Shown here: positions 11,801 to 23,800 of the stretch, piece by piece
Numbering within the stretch: position 1 is the stretch's first letter
How the letters are laid out: every line of letters begins with the position of its first letter
Source: Mobula hypostoma
Taxonomy: Eukaryota
Assembly (NCBI RefSeq): GCF_963921235.1
Contig: NC_086097.1
Span: forward strand, 168,766,001-168,830,000
Direction: 5' to 3'
Length of the DNA: 64,000 nucleotides
Notes under the pieces: model-generated
Seen by the model: only the letters and a program-made list of their open reading frames with translations
Told to the model about the DNA's origin: nothing
Databases searched by the model: none
Translations under genes and position numbers: made by a program

Positions 11801-14800
11801 AATTGATAAGAAATATGTTATGGCTCCTTCTGAGGAGTTATACAAACAAAGAACTGAACTTCAAATGGAACACAGTTTACTACTCTCGTCCTCGATTGTA
11901 AACCAATTAAAGAAAACAAGAAGTGACTTTTATGTTCACAGTGACAAAATTGGCAAGCTGCTGGCTAATCAATTGAAATCTAATTATGTTAAATCTCAAA
12001 TCAATCAGATTTATAACCAAAATGATCGATTGATACTGGATCATGTGGGGACTAATCAAACCTTTTGTGATTTTTATTCTTCTTTTCTTTCTTTCTTTTT
12101 AAATCTTTTTATTGAGTAAGTATACAAAAAAGGTAAGCCATATAAACATTAATACAATGTTAAAGTATAATAAAATTCCAAAAGATAACAATACCAAAAA
12201 GAAAATACTACAAACAATGTAATTTAAGCATAAGAAACCAAGATAACATAATAGTATACTAGATTTTATATATATCAATGGAAAAAAAAGAAAAAAAAAA
12301 AAACCCCAAAAAAAAACCCACCGTGCAACTAACTAAAAGCAAAGCAAAGCAATGGGCTAACTTGAAACCAAACAGAGTTAAACTTAAAATCACGTCCTCA
12401 ATCCCGACCTCCATTAAAACAGTGAAAAAAGAACAAGAAGGGTAAATATTACATTAAATGAAAATATCGAATAAAAGGTCCCCAAATCTGTTCAAATTTA
12501 AATGAAGAATCATAAAGGTTACTTCTAATTTTCTCCAGATTCAAACATAAAATCGTCTGAGAAAACCAAAAAAAGGTAGTTGGAGCATTAAGCTCTTTCC
12601 AATGTTGTAAAATACATCTTTTCGCCATCAAAGTAAGAAATGCAATCATTCTACGGGCTGAAGGGGAAAGATTACTAGAAATTTTAGGTAGTCCAAAGAT
12701 AGCGGTAATAGGGTGAGGAGAGATATCTATATTTAATACCTTAGAAATAATATTGAAAATATCTCTCCAAAAAGTTTCCAAAGTAGGGCAAGACCAAAAC
12801 ATATGAGTTAAAGAGGCTATCTGCCCCGAACATCTATCACAGAAAGGATTAATATGCGTGTAAAAACGCACTAACTTATCTTTGGACATATGTGCTCTAT
12901 GAACCACTTTAAATTGAATTAGGGAATGTTTAGCACAAATAGAGGAAGTATTAACTAATTGTAAAATCTGCCCCCAATCATCCACAGAGATGGTAAGCCC
13001 CAATTCCTGTTCCCAATCTACCCTAATCTTATCAAATGGAGCTTTCCTAAGTTTCATAATAATATTATAAATCATAGCCGATGCACCTTTCTGACATGGA
13101 TTAAGGTTAATTATCGAATCTAAAATATATATAGGAGGAAGCATTGGAAAGGAAGAAAGTATAGTACTTAAGAAATTTCTAACTTGTAAATATCTAAAAA
13201 AATGTATTCTTGATAAGTTATATTTATTAGATAATTGTTCAAAAGACATAAGGGAACCATCTAAAAATAAATCCAAAAACCGTAAAATACCCTTAGTCTT
13301 CCAAGTTTGAAAAGCGCGATCCGTAAAAGAGGGAGGAAAAAATATGTTACCTAAAATAGGAATCGCTAACCCGAATTGATTAAGATCAAAAAATTTTCTG
13401 AATTGAAACCAAATACGCAAAGCATATTTAACGATCGGGTTAGAGACCTGCTTAAGGCGTTTCGAATCAAAGGGAAGAGATGAACCTAAAATAGAACCAA
13501 GTGTATAACCCTGAACAGATTGTAATTCCAATGCTACCCATTTAGGAATAGATAGTATGTCCCGGTCAAGTAACCAAAATTTCATATGTCGAATATTAAT
13601 AGCCCAATAATAAAATCTAAAGTTAGGTAATGCTAAACCTCCATCTCTCTTAGCTTTCTGTAAATGTATTTTACCCAGTCTCGGATTCTTATTCTGCCAA
13701 ATAAATGAAGAAATTTTAGAGTCGACTTTATCAAAAAAAGATTTAGGAACGAAAATTGGTAATGCCTGAAACACATATAAAAATTTTGGCAAAAAAAACA
13801 TCTTAACTGCATTAATACGACCAATCAAAGTTAAATATAAGGGAAACCATTTAGATGAAAGTTGAGTAATATGGTCTATTAATGGTAAAAAGTTAGTCTT
13901 AAATAAATCTTTATGTTTACAAGTAATTTTAATCCCAAGATATGAAAGGTAATTATTAATCAATTTAAATGGAAATTTATAATATAAGGGAAGATGTTTA
14001 TTAATCGGAAAAAGTTCACTCTTACTAAGATTTAATTTATAACCTGAGAAAAGACCAAATTGTGCTAATAACTCTAAAACAGCAGGAATAGATCTCTCAG
14101 GATTAGAAATATATAAAAGTAAATCATCAGCATAGAGTGATAATTTATGGAACTTTAATCCCCGAGTTATCCCAGTAATATTTGAAGATTCTCGAATAGC
14201 AATTGCAAGAGGTTCTAATGCAATATCAAATAATAGGGGACTAAGAGGACAGCCTTGTCGAGTACCACGAAAGAGAGGAAAAAAAGGTGAGTTTAAAGAG
14301 TTAGTACGAACCGAGGCTACAGGGGAGTGATATAACAGTTTAATCCAGGATATAAATTTCAAGCTAAAATTAAACATTTCAAGCACCTTAAATAAATAAG
14401 GCCATTCTACTCTATCAAAAGCTTTCTCGGCATCTAAAGAAATAACACACTCAGGAACATTTTGTGAGGGAGTATAAACGATATTTAACAATGTACGAAT
14501 ATTATAAAAAGAGTAACGACCTTTAATAAAACCCGTTTGGTCTTCCGAAATAATAGAAGGAAGTACTTTTTCTAGTCTATTTGCTAATAACTTAGAAAAA
14601 ACTTTAGAATCAACATTTAATAAAGATATTGGTCTATAAGATGCACATTGAGCAGGGTCTTTATCCTTCTTTAGTATTAAAGAAATTGATGCTCTATTAA
14701 AAGATTCCGGAAGTTTACCAAGTTTCAAAGAAGCCTCAAAAACCTTATAGAGCCAAGGAATCAATAAAGAAGCAAAACATTTATAAAATTCAACGGTAAA

Positions 14801-17800
14801 CCCATCAGGGCCAGGAGCTTTCCCCAGATTCATAGAAAAAATAACATTCTTAATCTCATCCATTGTAATGGAAGTATCTAATAAAGAAGACATATCCTGT
14901 GAAATCTGAGGGAAATCTAACTTATCTAAAAAATCATTCATATATTTAGAATCTCGAGGAGACTCTGATTGATATAAAGAAGAATAAAAATCACAAAAGG
15001 TTTGATTAATCCCCACATGATCCAATATCAATCGATCATTTTGGTTATAAATCTGATTGATTTGAGATTTAACATAATTAGATTTCAATTGATTAGCCAG
15101 CAGCTTGCCAATTTTATCACTATGAACATAAAAATCACTTCTTGTTTTCTTTAATTGGTTTACAATCGAGGACGAGAGTAGTAAACTGTGTTCCATTTGA
15201 AGTTCAGTTCTTTGTTTGTATAGCTCCTCAGAAGGAGCCATAACATATTTCTTATCAATTTCTTTAATCTTGTCCACAATTGCCATCTCCTCCTGCTTCT
15301 GTTTCTTCCTCAAAGCAACGGAATACGAAATAATCTGACCCCGAATATAGGCTTTAAAAGTGTCCCAAAGAGTGTTAACCGAAATATCTTCTGTATGGTT
15401 AATTGTAAAAAAAAGCTCAATCTGTTCATTCATAAAATTAACAAAGTCCGAGTCCTGAAGCAACAGCGAATTAAAACGCCATTGTCTATTGTTTGGTATA
15501 TTGGCCATAATTTTAATAGAAAGCTTAAGTGGAGCATGATCCGAAATGGTTATAGAATCATAATCACATTTAATCACTGAAGGAATGAGACGAGAGTCAA
15601 TAAAAAAATAATCAATTCTTGAATAGGAATGATGAACATGTGAAAAAAAGGAAAAATCTTTTTCCTGAGGATGCAGAAAACGCCAAATGTCCGTCGACCC
15701 AGAATCAGAAAGAAAAAAATTAATCAAATTTGCAGATTTATTAGGTAAAGTCCGTAAAGGAGCCGAACGGTCCAAAGCTGGAGATAAACAGGTATTAAGA
15801 TCTCCGCCCCAAATCAATGAAAACTCGTTCAAATTCGGAAACTGATCAAACAATGATTTATAAAATTCCGGACAATCCATATTAGGAGCATAAACATTAA
15901 CCAAAACTACTTTTTTATTAAATAGTAAACCACTAACCAATAAAAATCTACCATTCGGATCAGAGATAATATCCTGTTGTATAAAAGTAACTGAGGAATC
16001 TATAAAAATAGAGACGCCTCGAATCTTAGCATTGGAGTTCGAATGAAATTGTTGTTCCTTCCAGAATTTGAAAAAACGTAGTCTGTCCCCCCTCCGTACA
16101 TGGGTCTCTTGTAAAAATAAAATTTGTGCTTTAAGTCTCCGGAACACTTTAAAAACTTTTTTTCTTTTAATAGGATGATTAAGACCATTAGTATTCCAGG
16201 AGACAAAATTAATAATAGACTCCATAAATCCTAAAGTCAACCCACAACAAGGAGGATTGACAATAGGCGTGACCCACAAACCCGGAGAGGAAACAGAACA
16301 TACAAAAGATACCGGGGAAAAGGACGCAACCAGTACTTCAATAATGTATATAGCCCAAAGAAAAACAAACTAAAACGTGAAGCCCCTCCCACCACCCCCC
16401 ACCCCAAGACCCCAAGGCAAAATCTAAAGCAGACCCGCCAGAAAGAAGCAAGCGCTAAAACTACCCCCATGACTTCCGGTATACGCTCCCTAAAAAAAAG
16501 GTATAAATATGAAAAGGATCAGCTAATTGTAAAACAGTAAAAAAATAAGTAAAAAAAAAAGTTAGCTCAATTAGAATACACACAGAACAGAACAAAAGCC
16601 GGAAAATATATATTAAAAAAAACCACAATAAACCTCAAACTCATGAATAGACACAGCAACAAAAAAAAATAGGATTATTAACATAAAGTGATTATAAAAA
16701 GCAAAACAGAATAAAATTTAAAAAAAAACTACAAAATTTAAGGCCGCACAGGAAATACGTAAGATGACAAAAGGGAAGTAACCACCCAGAATCCCCTGGG
16801 AAAAGAAAGAAATGACGCAGTTAAAAAGAAAGTTTAGCAGCCATATTAAGAAATCAAAAGTAAACTTTTCTGCCCAAATAGGGCACAGAAAAGTTAAAAC
16901 CAACCAATTCACAGCCTCCGATCAACGGAGAAAATTAAAAAAAAAGGCAATTAAGATGTTGAAGATGAAAGTTGATCCAGATAACTCTGGGCATCCGATG
17001 GAGAATCAAAAAAACGAAGGGCTCCATCTAACATGCGAATCCTTAGACGTGCAGGGTACAGCAGCGCTGGTCTTAAATCCATCTTATAGAATTCCGACAT
17101 CACGGATCTGTAACGGACCCGTTGGTCCCAGATTGGTTTACTGAAATCTTCCACGAATCGGAACTTAAGATCCGAAAAATCAATGAAACCTTTAGATCGA
17201 GCGAATCGAAACAGTCTCTCCTTGTCTTGAAAGTAATGAAAACGTAAAATAACATGCCTAGGTCTATCTGACCTAGACGAGTATGATGGGATTCTGTGAA
17301 CACGATCCAGTAGCGGTGGTTGGTCAGGAAATACAGTAGGGAATGCATCTTTTAAAAGTTGAGAGAAATATTTCATGGGGTTGTTAGCTTCAACGGCTTC
17401 TCTCACGCCGATCATTCTTAAATTCTGCCGTCGCATTCTAGATTCCAAGTCAGAGTTTTTAAAAGTCAAAAAGTCAAGTTTCTTCTTCATTACATTAATT
17501 GTTTCTTCGATTTTCCCCATCTTAAGCTCACTTTGTTGCGCGAATTTTTGAAGATCAGATATAGCCGACTGATGTTCCGCAATACATGTTTGCATCTTAT
17601 CAATTAAATCGGCAATTTTCTGGAAATTAGTTGAGATTTCCGCATGAATCAGATCTTTAACAAAGCCTGCAATTTCCGTACGAATCATCTCCCTAACAGA
17701 GGTTGAAATTTCCCTCTGAATTAACTCCGATATCGCTTTCAAAGTCACCGGTGATTCAGTCGGAGGGAGATCCGTAGCTTTCGGTTTAGCCGAAGGTTTA

Positions 17801-20800
17801 CCATCCTTGCCGTTTTTCCCGTTCTTAGACATAGCAGATCTAAGTATCATCCAATTGTCAGAGAATTCAGTTTAATTCAAAGTATTATAAAAATTGATGC
17901 CTTAATGGTTAATTAAAGTATAGCTGACCATAGAGTAAAAAAACTCAGAGGTAATGGAGCGAGTCAAGAACGCGACTTCACTCCATGAGCGCTACCGGAA
18001 GTCCCCTTTATTCTTCTTTATATCAATCAGAGTCTCCTCGAGATTCTAAATATATGAATGATTTTTTAGATAAGTTAGACTTCCCTCAGATTTCACAGGA
18101 TATGTCTTCTTTATTAGATACTTCCATTACAATGGATGAGATTAAGAATGTTATTTTTTCTATGAATCTGGGGAAAGCTCCTGGCCCTGATGGGTTTACC
18201 GTTGAATTTTATAAATGTTTTGCTTCTTTATTGATTCCTTGGCTCTGTAGGGTTTTTGAGGCTTCTTTGAAACTTGGTAAACTTCCTGAATCTTTTAATA
18301 GAGCATCAATTTCTCTAATACTAAAGAAGGATAAAGACCCTGCTCAATGTGCATCTTATAGACCAATATCTTTATTAAATGTTGATTCTAAAGTTTTTTC
18401 TAAGTTATTAGCAAATAGACTAGAAAAAGTACTTCCTTCTATTATTTCGGAAGACCAAACGGGTTTTATTAAAGGTCGTTACTCTTTTTATAATATTCGT
18501 ACATTGTTAAATATCGTTTATACTCCCTCACAAAATGTTCCTGAGTGTGTTATTTCTTTAGATGCCGAGAAAGCTTTTGATAGAGTAGAATGGCCTTATT
18601 TATTTAAGGTGCTTGAAATGTTTAATCTTAGCTTGAAATTTATATCCTGGATTAAACTGTTATATCATTCCCCTGTAGCCTCAGTTCGTACTAACTCTTT
18701 AAACTCACCTTTTTTTCCTCTCTTTCGTGGTACTCGACAAGGCTGTCCTCTTAGTCCCCTATTATTTGATATTGCATTAGAACCTCTTGCAATTGCTATT
18801 CGAGAATCTTCAAATATTACTGGGATAACTCGGGGATTAAAGTCCCATAAATTATCACTCTATGCTGATGATTTACTTTTATATATTTCTAATCCTGAGA
18901 AATCCATTCCTGCTGTTTTAGAGTTATTAGCACAATTTGGTCTTTTCTCAGGTTATAAATTAAATCTTAGTAAGAGTGAACTTTTTCCGATTAATAAACA
19001 TCTTCCCTTATATTATAAATTTCCATTTAAATTGATTAATAATTACTTTTCATATCTTGGGATTAAAATTACTTGTAAATACAAAGATTTATTTAAGACT
19101 AACTTTTTACCATTAATAGACCATATTACTCAACTTTCATCTAAATGGTTTCCCTTATATTTAACTTTGATTGGTCGTATTAATGCAGTTAAGATGTTTT
19201 TTTTGCCAAAATTTTTATATGTGTTTCAGGCATTACCAATTTTCGTTCCAAAATCTTTTTTTGATAAAGTTGACTCTAAAATTTCTTCATTTATTTGGCA
19301 GAATAAGAATCCGAGACTGGGTAAAATACATTTACAGAAAGCTAAGAGAGATGGAGGTTTAGCATTACCTAACTTTAGATTCTATTATTGAGCTATTAAT
19401 ATTCGACATATGAAATTTTGGTTACTTGACCAGGATATACTATCTATTCCTAAATGGGTAGCATTGGAATTACAATCTGTTCAGGGTTATACACTTGGTT
19501 CTATTTTAGGCTCCTCTCTCCCTTTTGATTCGAAACGTCTTAAGCAGGTCTCTAACCCGATAGTTAAATATGCTTTGCGCATTTGGTTTCAATTCAGAAA
19601 ATTTTTTGATCTTAATCAATTCGGGTTAGCGATTCCTATTTTAGGTAACATATTTTTTCCTCCCTCTTTTACGGATCGCGCTTTTCAAACTTGGAAGACT
19701 AAGGGTATTTTACGGTTTTTGGATTTATTTTTAGATGGTTCCCTTATGTCTTTTGAACAATTATCTAATAAATATAACTTATCAAGAATACATTTTTTTA
19801 GATATTTACAAGTTAGAAATTTCCTAAGTACTATACTTTCTTCCTTTCCAATGCTTCCTCCTACATATATTTTAGATTCGATAATTAACCTTAATCCATG
19901 TCAGAAAGGTGCATCGGCTATGATTTATAATATTATTATGAAACTTAGGAAAGCTCCATTTGATAAGATTAGGGTAGATTGGGAACAGGAATTGGGGCTT
20001 ACCATTTCTGTGGATGATTGGGGGCAGATTTTACAATTAGTTAATACTTCCTCTATTTGTGCTAAACATTCCCTAATTCAATTTAAAGTGGTTCATAGAG
20101 CACATATGTCCAAAGATAAGTTAGCGCGTTTTTACTCGCATATTAATCCTTTCTGTGATAGATGTTCGGGGCAGATAGCCTCTTTAACTCATATGTTTTG
20201 GTCTTGCCCTACTTTGGAAACTTTTTGGAGAGATATTTTCAATATTATTTCTAAGGTATTAAATATAGATATCTCTCCTCACCCTATTACCGCTATCTTT
20301 GGACTACCTAAAATTTCTAGTAATCTTTCCCCTTCAGCCCGTAGAATGATTGCATTTCTTACTTTAATGGCGAAAAGATGTATTTTACAACATTGGAAAG
20401 AGCTTAATGCTCCAACTACCTTTTTTTGGTTTTCTCAGACGATTTTATGTTTGAATTTGGAGAAAATTAGAAGTAACCTTTATGATTCTTCATTTAAATT
20501 TGAACAGATTTGGGGACCTTTTATTCGATATTTTCATTTAATGTAATATTTACCCTTCTTGTTTTTTTTTCACTGTTTTTAATGGAGGTCGGGATTGAGG
20601 ACGTGATTTTAAGTTTAACTTTGTTTGGTTTCAAGTTAGCCCATTGCTTTGCTTTGCTTTTAGTTAGCTGCACGGTGGGTTTTTTTTTGGGGTTTTTTTT
20701 TTCTTTTTTTTCCATTGATATATATAAAATTTAGTATACTATTATGTTATCTTGGTTTCTTATGTTTAAATTACATTGTTTGTAGTATTTTTTTTGGTAT

Positions 20801-23800
20801 TGATATCTTTTGGAATTTTATTATACTTTAACATTGTATTAATGTTTATATGGCTTACCTTTTTTGTATACTTACTCAATAAAAAGATTTAAAAAGGAAA
20901 GTAAATGCAGTGTTAAAATATATTTGGAGAGGACTAGAAGGATGTAATACTGAGGCTTTTTAAGGAATTGGTCGGACTACACTTGTAGTATTATGAGCTG
21001 TTTTGGGCCCTGTATCTTGGAAAAGATGCACTAGCAATGGAGAGGGTCCAGAGGAGGTTCATAAGAATAATTCCAAGAATGAGAGGGCTAACGTTTGATG
21101 GCTCAGGACCTGTACTTGTTGGAGTTTAGAAGTATGGGAGGCATCTCACTGAAACCTATTGAATATTGAAAGGCTTAGATAGAATGGATGTTGAGAGGAA
21201 GATCTCCTATGGTGGGCTAGTCTAGGACCAGAGGGAACAGCCTCAGAATAGAGGGGCATCCATTTACAACAGAGATGATGATGATGAGGAGGAGGAGGAA
21301 TTTCTTTAGCCAGAGGGTAGTAAATCTGTGGAATTCATTGTCACAGACAGCTGTGGAGGCCGAATCATTGGGTATACTTAAATTGGAGATGGATAGGTTC
21401 AGGATGTGAAAGGTTACAGGAAGAAGGCAGGAGAAGGAGGTTGACAAAGATAATAAATCAACCATAATAGAATGGCAAAGAAGACTCGATGGGCCAAATG
21501 GTTTAATTCTGCTCCTATACATGGTCTTATGAATAAATAGAGAAAGCACAAAAGAAAAAAGGAATATAGGAAATCAATGCTGAAGCCTACACCGCAACCT
21601 GCAATAGCAATAAGGAAATCAAGATTTCAGGTGCAGTCAGGCTCACGAGCTCACTGATTGATCAGACCAGACCTGCACTCGTCACATCCAGAAAATATTC
21701 GAAATAACCACAAATTCTGCAGACACAAGCTCAGACTATAAGTAGTAAACAAGCCAGTTTAAGGTTTAATTATTTCACAGATAGGTTAGCCAATGGAACA
21801 GACAGTTGAAAGAAATAGATAATACCAGCAAGTAAGAGGGGGTTGGTTAGTTATTTGGCAAAATAATATAATAGAACATAGATTATAATAATAGAAAATA
21901 GATAATAATAGCTGCAATATGTAGGCATGTACATACTACACATGACTCTATGGACTGCTATTTCTCAAATGCGGGGTGTACAAGCTTATTGATAATGCAA
22001 AGCTGGGTGGCAGTGTTGACTGTAAAAAGGATGAAGAAAGGCATTTCTGTATTTAATGTGTAACAACCTAACCATGAGATTCAAAAAAAAGTTTTCAAGT
22101 ACCTTAATTAATCCTACTGGATAAATAGCATTCTAATTTATTACACGGGTATTTCTTCCAATTTTCAGTCCAATGACACTGTTATATGGAAATTGGAAGG
22201 GTGAGTGTTCATGATGTTATCATTCAGGGGTTATTCTGGAGTCCAACACCTTGCTGGCCTGTTGGTGATTTATATGACTACTTAAAGAACTTGAACCAGA
22301 GCAAAAACTAAGTTTTGTGCACTGGAGGAAAATAGAAGAGTAGGTAGGGTGGCCCTGATATTAAAGAATGGGATAAAAGCAGGAGAAAGAATCAGTTTCC
22401 TTTAGAGCTAAGAAACAAGGCGTAGAAGAAACCACTGATGGGAGCTTTGTATATAGAGACCCCCCCCCCCCGCAAAAGTGGTAGTAATTTAAGACAGAGT
22501 ATAAACCAAGAGATTAAAGATGCAGTCGACAGGAACAATGCATTAGTCGCAAGGGACGTCAGTCTAAAATCATTCCAAATTAACAGTAATAATGTGAGGA
22601 CAAATTCATAAAGTGTACAAGAGATGGATTTTTTTGCTATGTAATGGAAACAAGGGAATAGACAATTTTAATTCTTTTGTGAATGAGTTATGATTTGGAG
22701 TCTTTAGTTATCATAATATGAAAGAACCTTATATAGTAATTTAAAATGTTTTTGTTTAATCTGAAGCCAAGGTCTTAGATCTATATAAATGACAATGGCA
22801 TGAAGCATGAGTGTATTGGAAAAAAAAACATTAAAACATTTAACTGCAGCATCTATGGACAATCATTTAAAGAATTAACACATAGGTTTAAGTCATGTAC
22901 TCCCCTTTAAGATGCAAAATCAAACAGGAAAACTAGTCTGTCCATGGCCATCAGTAGAAGTTAGAGACGACATTAGAAAACGTGCCAAAAGAAAACAAAA
23001 GCAGGAAATCATGATTTCCAAAGGCAAATTATGTTTGGAACATCCACTGGAATTTTCTGAAGTTATAATTAATAGAATGCAATAGGGTAAATCAGTTAAT
23101 GTTGTATATTTACACTTTAAGGCAGCTTTGTAAGTCGCCACACCATAGATTATTAAGCAAAATTAGAGGTTATTAACAAGTGTAAAACAAGAATTAGCAG
23201 AGAACCCAAAATGAATAATTTGGAGGATGGAACAAATAGTGGGCCACAGGGTCAAACGCTGTATGCACAAGCTCGTTGATGATGCAAAACTGGGCAGTAA
23301 TGTAGACTGCCAAAAGGATGCAGAAAGATTTCATTAAGATGTGAACAGGTTAAATAAATGTGCATGGTCATGGCAGCTGGTATATAACTGGAAAAAAGGT
23401 TAGGTCACCACCCCACTCCCGGTAGAAAAAAAATAGAAGGGTGAGTAGACTTTCAATGCTTAGAGTTTGGTGTTCGTAAGCACCTTGGTGTACTTGGACA
23501 CCAATATACAGTACTACATAACTAACATACAGTTCCAGGTAGCAAATAGTATGTTGGCCTTTATAGCCAAAGGATTTAAGAACATAATTCTTTCTCCCAT
23601 TATATGGGATTTTGTTGACACATGTGCACGTCTGATCAATCTACCAAAGGAAGCAAATATTCAAGATGGAGGAAGTGCAACATAAGCTCAAGAGAGTGAT
23701 TCATTACACGAGGACTGGCCCTACACTGATAAGTTTAGACAAATGAGTGGTAATGTCTTTGAAATGTACAAAATGGTATAGTGTACAAACAGGCCATGAC

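Larger units (their letters stand above)
12086..18006 (-). mobile_element. Full-length, apparently intact L1 element B (5921 bp)
   Basis: 13-bp TSD TTTATTCTTCTTT (12073-12085, 18007-18019). Same 5' end as A (GGGGACTTCCGGTAGCGCTC), two open ORFs, AATAAA (12108-12113) and a short (GAAA)n tail. Confidence 0.97.
9062..20893 (+). mobile_element. Full-length L1 (LINE-1) element A, split by element B
   Basis: 10-bp TSD AAGGAAAGTA (9052-9061, 20894-20903). 156-nt 5' UTR, ORF1, ~720-nt spacer, ORF2, AATAAA at 20878. Length 5898 bp once B and one TSD copy are removed. Confidence 0.96.

Noticed and set aside
16226..16279. 18-aa N-terminal extension of ORF2 in the ORF track ([12 protein letters not shown]...; also 10782-10835)
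   Set aside because: It starts at a non-ATG codon. The first ATG (MESIINF) sits right before the endonuclease motif, as expected for L1.
9062..20893. The L1 inverted duplication as an assembly artefact or simple inversion
   Set aside because: Each element has its own distinct TSD, the copies differ by many substitutions including synonymous ones, and A rejoins seamlessly when B is removed.
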